In this document: positions 37,771 through 49,973 of the stretch, piece by piece | How positions within the stretch are numbered: position 1 is the first letter of the stretch | Layout: each line of letters begins with the position of its first letter | Source of the DNA: Octopus bimaculoides | Lineage: Eukaryota | Direction of reading: 5' to 3' | Length of the DNA stretch: 64,000 bases | Assembly (NCBI RefSeq): GCF_001194135.2 | Contig: NC_069000.1 | Coordinates: 7,393,559-7,457,558, forward strand | Program-made: the position numbers and the translations under genes | Notes under the pieces: generated by a model | Database searches by the model: none | What the model saw: the letters and a program-made list of their open reading frames with translations, nothing else | What the model was told of the DNA's origin: nothing

Positions 37771-38801
37771 GTTTTTTCCCCTCCTTTTCATTCTCCCTCA
37801 TGTACCTACCTTCGCACAATATGTACCTGTTGAATCTCTCTCCTTCAGCATTCCCTCCTGATACCCCCTCCCTCTACCTGTGCCCACTCAATACATTTCC
37901 CCTCACCAGTTCTCACTCTCCTTTTGCAATCTTGTGAACTCGCCCTCCTACTCATTCTCTCCCATCCCCAGTCCACTTCATACACCTGTAACATGGATGT
38001 ATGGACCCTTACCCCCCCCCCNNNNNNNNNNNNNNNNNNNNNNNNNNNNNNNNNNNNNNNNNNNNNNNNNNNNNNNNNNNNNNNNNNNNNNNNNNNNNNN
38101 NNNNTCACCTTCTCCCTCTCCTCTCTTTCCACCTGAGGTAGCCATTGTCTCTCTTCTAATGCAAGACATATTTTTTTCTGTCCCTCAATATCACTCCTCC
38201 CTTAAGTTGAAGTGTCTTGTCCTGCAAATTATTTGGTGACCTCTCTGCTGCTGGTTCCACCAAGGAAGAAAAAAAACCCACCCAGGGTGTAAGGTGGTTT
38301 GTGTTAGGAAGGGCATCCAGCCATAGGAATCCTGCCAAAATAGACAGCAGAGCTTGGTGCAATCTTCTGGACTTGCCAGTTCCTGTTGAACTGTCCAACC
38401 CATGCCAGTATGGAAAACGGATGGTAAATGATGATGATTGAGCACTGGAGTCGATGTAATCGACTATTCCCCCACCCTCCAAATGACAGGCCTTGTGTAT
38501 ATGGTAGAAAGGAGTATCATTATTATTATTATTATTGTTGTTGTTGTTTTCTGTAGTTGTCAGTGCTAGTTTTAGTGTAGAAGTGTCTCTGTTAGTAGCT
38601 ACTGTTCTGTTTTACATTTAGTTCATGGCTGAACTAAATGTTGAAAACAGCTTAGGTACAGACTAAACACACACACACACTCACACACGTACACACACAC
38701 ACACACACGTACACAAACCAGCAAGCAATCAAAACAGAAACCATCACTACCACCATCACCACCACCACCACCAATGCTAGTATCAGCAGGAGCAGCAGCA
38801 A

Positions 38802-38833
<32 letters not shown>

Positions 38834-39476
38834 ACAGCAGCAGCAGCAGCAGTACAGTCAATGAACTCCTCTGCAAGATACTTCAACCTCCCACTATTTA
38901 TTCAATGGCTGGAGAAGTTGTGTAGTGTGAAGTCATTCATAGCTTCTGTCTGCTGCTGCCATCATATGTGGCAGTCAGCCAGATACTTTTTTTTTTCTTT
39001 TTATCTCTCTTGTTATTGTTGGCTTACTGATCTACTTGTTCTTCTTTTCTATTGTACCAATACATTTGTTGTTTCTTACCATTATCCCCCCCCTCCTACA
39101 CACACGTAGTAATTTTTTTTTTTATTTAAAAAAAAAATCTTCAATGTTAAATTATCATTGGAAAGTGTTGCGCTTTCTTCCATTATTGAAATCCTTATAG
39201 CAGGTTCTTCGTCTGTGGAGAACTACCATCCATTTTAGATCTCTCTCTCTCTCTCTTTTTGTTAATGTAATTAATTCTAATGGGTCTATTCGGTACCAAA
39301 CTAGTGTATGTTGCTGTGTTATGTAGCCAAAGGCACAAACTCTGAAGGCCCTGTTTGGTTGGCTGAAATAGGGTCAGTGAAGTAGTAGAGGTCACCAATT
39401 ACATAAATGTCTTTGTAGCTGTGGTAGGAGAGCGTTTAGGTGCCATATATCTAACCCTTGTTCCACTGTGCAAGGA

Positions 39477-39885
39477 TGAAGTGGGAGAATTCTTCCTTGG
39501 GGTAGGAAATAACATTCTCAGATGACTGTTGCTTCACTGACAACTGAGGTAATAAGTAATGAAGTGCTCTATCCAGCTGTGGATTTGAACTTGAGACACA
39601 TCAGAAAGTAGTGTGAGAATTCTTCCTTGGGATAGGAAATAACATTCTCAGATGACTTACTTCACTGGCAACTGAGGTAATAAGGAATGAAGTGTTCTAT
39701 CCAGCTGTAGATTTGGACTTGAGACACACCAGCGAGTAGTGTGAGGCTGAAGTGGGAGAATTCTTCCTTGGGATAGAAAATAACATTTTCAAATGACTGT
39801 TACTTCACTGGCAACTGAAGTAGTAAAGAATAAAATGTTCTATCCAGCTGTAGATTTGAACTCGAGACACATCAGCAAGTAGTGT
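39477..39885. repeat. Three tandem copies of a ~128-143 bp unit
   Basis: gagaattcttccttggg...tctatccagctgt.gatttg.act.gagacaca.cag..agtagtgt repeated three times; units end at 39614, 39742 and 39885. Confidence 0.92.
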
Positions 39886-40860
39886 AATTAATAGCCTTAA
39901 CTCTTTTGATACCAAACCACCTGAGACTGCTCTTGATTCTATGGCATAAACTTCCTGTTTTAAAGTGATCTAAATTAAGACCTTCCCTCAAAATTTCTTA
40001 ATTTGTTTTCTATATTTTGGTTTGACTATGTTATTTTACTGAGTTCTTCGTTCTTTTCAAAATTACTCAAAACAAATGCAGTGTGCTTCAAAAGAAATAT
40101 GGTAAGCACCCCTACTACATCTGTGAGGTGCTAATATCTTAATACCCTACAATAAACAGTGGGACACCATTGGGTGCTAATGCATGAACCATCTCCAGTA
40201 TAATCAGTATGGGATGCCAGTAGAGCATAGATGTGTGTGGAAAGGCAGTGCCACATAAGTAATGTCCTAGTACTTCATCCGTTTAATTCCATTTAATACA
40301 GAACATTAATTGTATAATTTCTAGAGTCCATATTATTGTTTTGTAACTTGTGTGGCATTGACAGACTCCACTCTCCCTTTCTTCAGTCCATGTGATAGCA
40401 CTAATATAGAGAGAGGAATGTCACATTGTACAATCTTAGGGACGTTTGATAATGTAGTCCAGGGTATGCTGTTTTAATTAGAAATGGTCATGGCTGGAAT
40501 GTCTTTAATCATAGGTCTGTTCTATCAGGGCTGACTGGGGCTAAGCAACACTTACTGGTTCCCTATTTGCGGGTCAATATATTCTGTTGTTGATTAGTCC
40601 CAGTCAGCCTTCACTGAGCAAATTTCTAATCAAAACTATTCTGGCCACGACTACCCATACTTTCTTTGCTATAGTGCACTTTAGACAACACTATTCATTA
40701 TGTCCTTCCATTTTTTGAGATGGTAGTGTGTAATTTGAGGGTGGTTTGGCTGCAGTTTCTTGCATAATGAGCAACCACCTAGAGGTTCCCTTGTTGACTC
40801 ATCATGTCCTCTGCAGATAGTAATTGTGATTTATTTTTATTTTTCAAATCTCATTTCCTT

Positions 40861-40947
<87 letters not shown>

Positions 40948-42571
40948 AAATCCAAACCGGTCATTTTAGGTTTTTTTCTTCTTTTTCCCTACACCACCAC
41001 GACAACTACGGCAAGTTGTTGTTGACAAAGTAACAACAGTGTTAGTTGTTTATTTAGGTAATAGAAATAATTATTTATCCTGTCATAACCTTAGCTTTTT
41101 ACGTCTTCTCAGTCAGAAATAGTAGCTTGCTTCAGTGCAGTTTACGTTGTTAGTAAACTGTTAGACTGCTTGTTTTCGACCAATATCTTCTACAGCTCTT
41201 ACTGGCATTGCCTGCATCTGATTGAATTTCCTCATACCTTTTTTTATGTATTTATTTATCATTCTTTTTATTTTTGTTACACGTACTCTTAATTCTAACT
41301 TGTATAAGTTCTACCCCACCCAAACTCCTCCTCTTTATCTCCGATATTTCCTTACAGAAACCCCACTAAATCCCTAAGGGTTTAATGAATGTTTAAAACG
41401 GAGCTTAAAATAACCATAGTAAGTTAACCTAGGCTAAAACATTTCCACTTAAGTTTACAGAGGTTAAACTCCGCCACAATTAATGTTAAGAGGTGAAGAA
41501 GTAAATAAATCATCATACTAGACATAGCAGCTAATTCTGTTTAATCACACTCTAAGACCTCAAAAAAAGAAGGACACAGTAGGTAATGTAGTCCTAAATA
41601 TTGTCTGAAATCAAGATGAGATGGTTTTTTTATATAATTCTACCACCTTTGATCACAGATCTATGGAATTTCAGGACTTACTTTAGAGTTAGAAATTTGC
41701 TTCCCAACCACATGGTTCTAGGTTCAGTCCCACTGTGTGGTATCTGGGGCAATTGTCTTCTACTCTTGGGGTCGATTTGTTTAACTAAAGACAGTGCTCC
41801 AGCATGGCCGCAGTTAAATGACTGAAACAAGTAAAAGGATATAACTCGCACACAATTCTTCTTAAATGCTTTGTGTGTTCTGGTCTTCTTTTATTTTGTG
41901 TTTGTCAGAGTTCACTGAATGAATACAAATATTGTTGACAACAGTTTGTTGCTCTGACACTGTGAATGGGGATAATGTGTGGGTGTAGGAGAGACAGAGG
42001 TTAAGATAGTCTGGTGTCATGTGATTAAGTTGTTTAGTTGGCTCTGAGAAACTTTGAACATTTAGTATAAATGAACTTGGAGACTTAAGTTTCAAACAAA
42101 CTGCTCCCTCTTGCCAGTAATCTCTCAAAGAACCACAATTAATCTTAAGTTGTCTTTGAATACTTCCACTGATTCAGGCAAATTCCATTGGTCATTACCG
42201 AAGAATCTGCCATCATTTCTATGTGTATATCTATGTTTTCGGAGACTATCAGTAATGTTATTTTAAAGTCCTCTACTGTTTAAGGTTTGAGACATAACAT
42301 CTAATGGTTGACTAGATGGTGGTGAGCTGTGACCATATCTCTATTTCTTATCAGTATATATTTACTTCAACACTCTTGTATTCTCTGCGCTCTCTCTCTC
42401 TCCTCTTTTCCTCCTCCCTCAAACTATTTGCCCTATGACAATTTCTCTCCAGAGACTGCCACATTCTCAACATTACTTCAGTTAGAAAACTGATATTTCT
42501 CTCCAGTGTTTGCAATTATTTCACTCTTGTTTTATACATACATGTATATGTATACACATATGTATACATGC

Positions 42572-42610
<39 letters not shown>

Positions 42611-43599
42611 TGTGTGTAACTATATGTATTTTTGCTGCAACTGTTCACCATTTCTCTTGTGTCCCAGCACCAGCTCTAGTCAAGGCTATTTCAATAACCT
42701 TTGCAAGCTATTAGAATTTTGAAAACATTGGCCAACTTTAACACTCCTGTTGAATGTAATTTTTTTTTTTAATACTATTATTATTATTATTGTTGTTGTT
42801 GTTCGTTTTCCTCATCAGCTGTTCACAACTGAAGCTGGTTACATCATCAAGCAGGAGCAACCAGGCAAAACACAAGCGAGTAGACCATGTAATATATATA
42901 TATATGTGTATTTTTTTTTTTCTTGTGGGTTATGTAAGCACAGTTTCTATGAGATCTTCACAACTATAGATAGACGTCCGCTGTTAGAGCTGGCGTTGAT
43001 GACCTGTTGAAGATGGTTTCTAGACACAGACTGCTCTTGTGTTTGGTGCTGATAGGGTGAAGGGGAGAGGAGAGAGAGGAGAGAGCGTTTAGGATGGAAT
43101 GTTGGAATCAGGGTCACATAAAGTAACTAATCACAGAACTGGTTCAAATTCTAAAATGTCTTGGGTGTCGATTTCGGTAAGAAATAGTCCTGCAGTGAAT
43201 ATGGTGACGGTGACGATGGTGGTGTTGGATTATTTACAAGACGAAGGATGAAGGAAGTTAGGCTTTGATGAATTCCAACTCTCGCGCACAATATTTTTGT
43301 TTCTCTATTTATTTCAATCCTAATTTACTCTCCATTTTGAAACCTGGTATCTGGGTGGGACCTAACTCCTGCATGGTTTCTTTATGAGATCAAACTCTTA
43401 TTGACGATCTGCTGTATGATTGTTCCTCTTATTCTGTGCTTCATAACAGTAATATCTAGATGGCAGGTTCAAGTTCCAGTGTCTGGCAGTTGAGATAAAT
43501 ACACCAGACACATTGCTATAAACCTTCCAACTCCTCATTATCAATACAGTTCGTCGAGTTAGTCATGTGATATGGTGACACTTAGTCATGTGATGTCAC

Positions 43600-43708
43600 T
43601 TAATAAACAATTATTTATATTATTTACATTCAACAGATATTTGTCCTCATCTTGTTTGTTGTTAACACAACATTTCGGCTGGTGTACCCTCCAGCCTTCA
43701 TCAGGTGT
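43600..43708 (-). mobile_element. Penelope-like element terminal fragment
   Basis: Contains the hammerhead motif below plus a ...caagatgaggacaaatatctgttgaatgtaaataat continuation; family assignment inferred from hammerhead architecture. Confidence 0.6.
43665..43708 (-). ncRNA. Minimal type-I hammerhead ribozyme motif
   Basis: Minus strand: ACAC CUGAUGA A GGCUGG agggUaca CCAGCC GAAA UGUU GUGU; stem I 4 bp, perfect 6-bp stem II, full core, loopless stem III, GUU cleavage triplet. Confidence 0.75.
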
Positions 43709-44016
43709 CTTATTTGTTTCAGTCATTTGACTGTGGCCATGCTGGAGCACTGCCTTTAGTCGAACAAATTGACCCAAGAACTTATTCTTTGTAAGCCTTG
43801 TACTTATTCTATCAGTCTCTTTTGCTGAATTGCTAAGTTACGGGGACATAAACACACAAACATACATATACAACGGGCTTCTTTCAGTTTCTGTCTACCA
43901 AACCCACTCACAAGGCTTTCGTCAGCCCGAGGCTGTAGTAGAAGACACTTCCCAAGGTGCCACACAGTGGGACTGAACACGGGACCATGTGGTTGGTAAG
44001 CAAGCTACTTACCACA
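43709..44016 (-). mobile_element. Family B SINE
   Basis: Reverse complement of the 3532/17513 elements (tgtggtaagtagcttgc head at the right end). Confidence 0.85.
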
Positions 44017-45292
44017 CAAACACACACACACACACACACATTCATTCAAACTTTAATGTGTGTTAATATTGCAACTGTTTTATCTTGAGCTACTTGTTAT
44101 AATGTTAACTCGGGGAACACAGTGACTATATTACGTATTTGATGTTATTGGGTCATATGGTAACTTCCTATTTCTTACAACACTGCTGGGTTTTTTTTTT
44201 ATTACGGTTATTTAGACAGCCAGTGACATACTGACCTTCATAAAGGTGTGGGTGCAAACCCTCACATTCACAAATGTACTAGTGTTCACAGTTGGTTTTT
44301 TTTTTTGTAATGAGTGTTCCATTTTCAGTTCCGATACCTACCTTGATCATTCAATGAAGATATGTAAACTTCATGTGTCACATGACTACATGTAGATGTG
44401 TAGGAGTACTGTTGTACTGTTTGCCCTACTCCAATGACGACATATTGTGCATTGGTTACTCAGGAGTACTGACTGACCACAACAGTCCAATAAAAACATA
44501 TATATCATCATGTATTAAACTTGAATAAACAAGTTTAAATCCTGTTTATTACATGTTATTACATGACCAACCAAGTAGAATGTCAAAATATCACATGATC
44601 AACGCAGAAATGTCAGCATATCACATGACTAACAAGATGAACTATTTTGTCAGGAGCGCTGACCAACTACAATGGCCCTTTGAGATTTTTACTCATTTTT
44701 CGACTTAGCAATTATAGGTTAATTATTACTGGACTTAGTGACCATAGTCTTGGGGGTAGTGGTGGTGTGATTACAATGTGTGTGTGTGTCCATTTCCTAC
44801 GTCACTCATTTGCCATTAGCACTCTCATTTCATGAGAATTTTAGTGACCTACAGATGTTTCTTCTGTGGTTGGAGTAAGTAGTGGTTTGGTTATAGCAGT
44901 GGCTGTGGTTGGATGATTGATGGTAGCACTATAGTGTGTCTGTGCCCAGTAAATAAACTGTGGAATAGCTGAGACCATTTGGCTTTAAATAAGTAGGTAG
45001 TATAAGGTACAAGTAATTCACTACTGGTAACTGTGGCAATACTGTCTTGGTAGCTTGTGGACCAGAAGAGGATAATTGAAAAGACAAGTTACTCTAGTAC
45101 TTGGTACTTGACATTGTTCCGTGAGTTATGTTGATCCACCTTGCCATTAGATCAACTGTATCAAACAGCCCATCTCATCACCCCTCCACCAAGTGGATAA
45201 CTTACTCAAGTTAGAGAGGAGTCCATGACAAAGATTTGATGATGAGTGCTGTGGAACAGTACTGAGCGTCTGGTAACCTTTGATCTCCAGCT

Positions 45293-45349
<57 letters not shown>

Positions 45350-45424
45350 TCCCAATTGCTGCACTTCATAGCCCTTAAATATGAACAAAGCACAACTATG
45401 ATAGAACCCCTTGCAATTGTTTTA

Positions 45425-45670
45425 GATATTAGTTCTTATCATTGCTGAGGGTTCCTCCTTGGTGGAGACTCCTTTTGGTCATGAATTATTATGGGGTTGC
45501 ACCTAGAAAGTTACCCTCTGCGGCACTAGTCTGGGCAAGGTTGTTTATGGAAGATCAGTAGTCACCCATGCATACTAGCCTCCCCTCTCCATGCCACTGG
45601 TATTGCTTGCCAACCCTGGTCAAACTGTCCAGCCCATTCCAGCATGGACAACGGACATTAAATGATGATG
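45425..45670 (+). mobile_element. Family C LINE 3' end
   Basis: ...aaactgtccagcccattccagcatggacaacggacattaaatgatgatg tail. Confidence 0.7.
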
Positions 45671-46899
45671 ATATATATATATATATGAAATACCCTCCAT
45701 TATAGCCCATGTCTACCTCTGTTACACCTAACTACTGCAGCTTATATCTACAGCTATTATACCCTCCACTACAGCCCATACCTACCCCAGGTAACCACTC
45801 GTCTTCTACACATCAAATGACATCAGAACCTGCAGTGTCATTAATACACTCACTCAACTCAGTCTTGCATACTGTGTGTGTTTGTTTGAAAGGTGGTGTG
45901 TTCATTGTAGGTGTGTGGGAAGGCTAGGTGGTTAGCATGTGTGGGAGTATGGTAAAGATGTGTGTGTGTGTGTCTGTATGTGTAGTTATATGTGGTGGAG
46001 GTGTATGGTTGTGGGTGTGGAAGCTGTAAATAGTAAACAACAGATTAGTTTATGAATGAACAGTGTTGTCTGACCTTTTATGTCAATGGATTAGACAGAA
46101 CTAGATTGGACTGGTTGTAGATAACTCTTACTACTACTATCATCATCACCACCACCATCTCTACCACCATTACTATTACTACTATCACCTCTGCTACAAT
46201 TACTACTTTCATAACCACTACTATGCTACTGCCATCATCCCTACTACCTCTACTATTATTAATGAGCACCACTACTAGTACTACCTCCACCACCACTATT
46301 ACTCGTATTACGACAACCACCTCTACTACTACTATTATTACAACTACTACCACCACCGTCAACACCCATTGGTAAGGTTGTTTCACCCCTATAATCAGAC
46401 AGTTTATTAATTCCACACAGATGAGTCCCCCACCCATTAGCTCTCCCTCCCTTAACAGTTCATATTTTGTTTCACTGACTCTATACCCCTACTCTCCCCT
46501 AAATTACTGGCTCTGTTCTGCTCCTCCTCCTATAAATAGTCCTAGGGTGGAGGAGGAGGGATCCCTAACCACAAACTTTGTTGTGTGCTCCTCAGTTGAT
46601 GGTAACAGTCTCTGCACTCAACACTTGGTAATAACCGTTAATTAGAGATTGGAGTGTTTGTAGAAATAAACTCATTTGAAGTATATAATGAAATGGAGTT
46701 TGTGTGTGTGTGGTTCAAATGTACAGAAAACTAAAGACAGACAACAAGAGAACAACAAGCAGGTGTAAATAGTTTGATGCTCAGGGAAAATGGAAAAGTC
46801 TTTGACGTTTTGAGCCTATGCTCTTTGACAGAAAGGGATGAGAAGGGGGGGAAAAAAACGGAGAGAGAAACAATGTGATGCGATTAAGTTTTACATGCT

Positions 46900-47290
46900 G
46901 AAATGATATATCTATATATATGTATACATGTATATATATGTATGTATGTGTATGTATGTATGGATGTATGTATATGTATGTATATGTATGTATATATATA
47001 TGTATGTATATATATATATGTATGTATATGCATGTATGTATATATGTATATATATGTATATGTATATATATGTATATATATGTATATATATGTATATGTA
47101 TATATATGTATATGTATGTATATATATATGTATGTATGTGTGTGTATATATATGTGTGTGTGTATATGTGTATATATGTGTGTATATATATATATATGTG
47201 TGTGTGTATATGTATATATATGTGTGTGTGTATATGTATGTATATGTGTGTGTGTGTGTATATATGTACATATATCTATATATATATAAA
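46900..47290. repeat. Compound (TA/TG/TATG)n microsatellite
   Basis: Direct inspection. Confidence 0.95.
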
Positions 47291-47334
47291 TATGATCTCC
47301 AATCTATTTCTATCTATCTTTGCCTACTGTTCTT

Positions 47335-47600
47335 GAGAGGGTTATGTGGGTAGAGTCCTTAGGCACCTCCTATAGGCCCCTATTAGAAGCAATTATTATT
47401 GGACTTTCCTGCTGGATTCCTCAGCATGACCTAGACTCTAGATGTTATCCCATGTCACTCTTGATCTACTCTTAGGTCTCCTGCCAGTTGGCTCAGTTTG
47501 AAGAATCCTTGTGATTTTTTTCCTGTGACATTTTAATCATATATTCACAGTACAGGAGTTGTGGCTTCTTTATGCAGAGAAATAAGTAGACCTCTGGTGA
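47335..47600 (-). mobile_element. Decayed RTE LINE ORF2 C-terminal fragment
   Basis: Minus strand EVYLFLCIKKPQLLYCEYMIKMSQEKITRILQTEPTGRRPKSRSRVTWDN, like the RTE (R)WYGHVxRM...GRRPRGRPRxTW end. Confidence 0.65.
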
Positions 47601-47989
47601 AAGCTATTCCAGGTTGAGCATGTATGTGTATCTTGTAGGTGGAACAACCATGAAGAGGCTACATTCCTGGTTTGACAAATCTTTTGTATTATGGGACAAG
47701 AAATTCAGTTCTAAATGGATTGATTATTATCTGTTCACTGGATCAGGTTGGTGTCTGGTCCTGGTTGACTGGAGGGATTTGTTTGTCAACAGCAGAGACT
47801 TAAGGGCATCTTTGGGGATTTGCATAACCTTGAATATTATTGGCCTGTGGTGGACTGGAGTCCTATCCCGATGAAGAGGACAGATTTGTGACAGTATTAA
47901 TAACTTGACAGTTGTGTTAGATCAGTCTCTCGTAGGATCTACTGCTGTTTATAACCACCACCATCATCACTACACAAGCACCTTGTTTG

Positions 47990-48178
47990 TTTATTGTAAA
48001 GCGGGAGTATCTTTTTCGTATTGGAACACTACCGCCACTACTACTACTACCGCCACTAACACCACTACTACTACCACCACCGCCGCTACTACTACTACTA
48101 CTACTACTACCGCCACTACTACTACTACCGCCGCCACCACCACCACTACTACTACAACCACTACTACTACCACCGCCG

Positions 48179-48209
<31 letters not shown>

Positions 48210-48210
48210 C

Positions 48211-48263
<53 letters not shown>

Positions 48264-48285
48264 CACTACCACAATCACTTCTTCC
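47990..48285. repeat. (ACT/ACC)n trinucleotide tract
   Basis: Direct inspection; source of the poly-T/V/S/L ORFs. Confidence 0.95.
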
Positions 48286-49825
48286 CAACCACTTTGCTAT
48301 TGCTATTGTCACTCGTATTCCATAATGTTGGTGACTCAGTTTATCAGGAGTATGAGAGGAGGAGACATGTTGACTATGTTATCAGTGCGATAATATAGGT
48401 GAGCAGCCAGCAGTGTTGCTAAAGAACTAGTTTCAATTCTTGTTCTCATAGGACACTTCACTTCCTGCTTTTGTCTCCGCTGCAAGGTTAGAGAGAATGA
48501 GAGAGAGAGACGTGCATATCCTGTTAACTTGGTGAATCACTTCTGCTATCTCCTACCTGACTTAAGTAGCTCTGTCACCCTCTTCCTGTTCCTTACCTGA
48601 CTTAAACAGTGACTCTCTTAATTCTCTCCTGCCCCCCACTCCACCTGAGTTAAGTCACTCTGATAGCCCCCCCCCCACTTGTGTCCCTTACCTGAGGTAA
48701 CAGTCAATTTCATAATGTCCTCTCCTGCCTACCATCCATAAAGCTGTTAAAATGGCAGCTGGGGTATCAGATTATAGAAATGGAGGCACGGAATTCTTAA
48801 TTAAAAGATAAACTGTTTGAAATTTTTTTTTTGTGTCAGAGAAAATGGGGTGTAGTGGCTGTGGAAGTTGGGGGTGGATTGAATGTCAACAGGTCAGTGA
48901 TGTTAAGGGCTGGATTGAAGGAAGTTTGTGTAGGGGCCAGTAATTGGTTCAGGGCTGGATGGAATGTACTATGGTATTCAGGTGCATCCCTCTACCAAGT
49001 GGATTAAAATTTCTCAGAATTGAATTTGTCTTTCATACCTCTATGGAGTTTTGTGTATGAGTTTGGTAGTGGTTATGTGTGTTTATTGAGACAGTCCATA
49101 GTTGGCACCACAGTTTGGAAATATCTACCAAAAAGGGGGACAGTGCTGCTACATTCTGAATCAAACTTGGCACCAGGCCAGTTTTGAATGATTGAACATT
49201 CCAAATGATTGCAGTCATAGTAATGGGGAAGGGCTTTGATGAACTGTTATTCTAATTTTAGACTGTTACAGATACCAGATGTTGTGTTAGCTGGACTAGC
49301 ACTGACCTGTACCAACTTGGCACTATCAGTAGCTACAGCTGGTACAAATTCTATTGCAGAGTTCTTAAGACTCTTACACAGGAACTGTATCAACTTTGTA
49401 CCAACCACCAGTCCTTTAACCCTAAAACTGGGTGGAAAAAAACTGTTACAACCATAGCCTAAGTGTCCTGCTGTATCCTACAGGATAAACAGTGTGGTTT
49501 AGGATTCATCAGGGTCTCAGAACAGACTTAAAATGCTGGGCACATGGGCTGCTGTTCCTCCATCACATTGACCTGGGCTTGGCAATGACATGCTGCTGTT
49601 TTGTGGAGTCATATTTAGAGTTTAATATTTAATTATAACTAAAAATATTCCATCCCTTGTTTCCTCTACATCCACTGACCGACATAAAATTAAACTTAAC
49701 ATTGAAACACCGTCTTTTACACCATTTTCAGCTGTCAAATGTAAAGGATGTTTGCTGTGAAGTGGTGGCACCAGTGCTGGAGATTTAAATATTAATTACT
49801 TTACATCCAAATTATTGGTCTAAAC

Positions 49826-49973
49826 TAGGCATGGGCAATCCTTTCTGAGAAGTGGGCCAGATGAGGCCTAGATCATCATCAGATGGGCTGCACTACTAAA
49901 AAAAAATTCAAAGTGACTTTTTGTTAGTCATGCCATTTAGAAAATCCGATGGGCTGCAATTTGCCCATGACTG
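49826..49973. mobile_element. hAT-like MITE
   Basis: TAGGCATGGGCAA...TTGCCCATGACTG ends flanked by related 8-mers gtctaaac / gcctagat (5/8 identical, degenerate TSD). Confidence 0.6.

Noticed and set aside
49236-49457. Protein-like 73-aa ORF with an upstream acceptor inside the large Cbl intron
   Set aside because: No recognisable homology, out of frame with the preceding Cbl exon, and no good donor.
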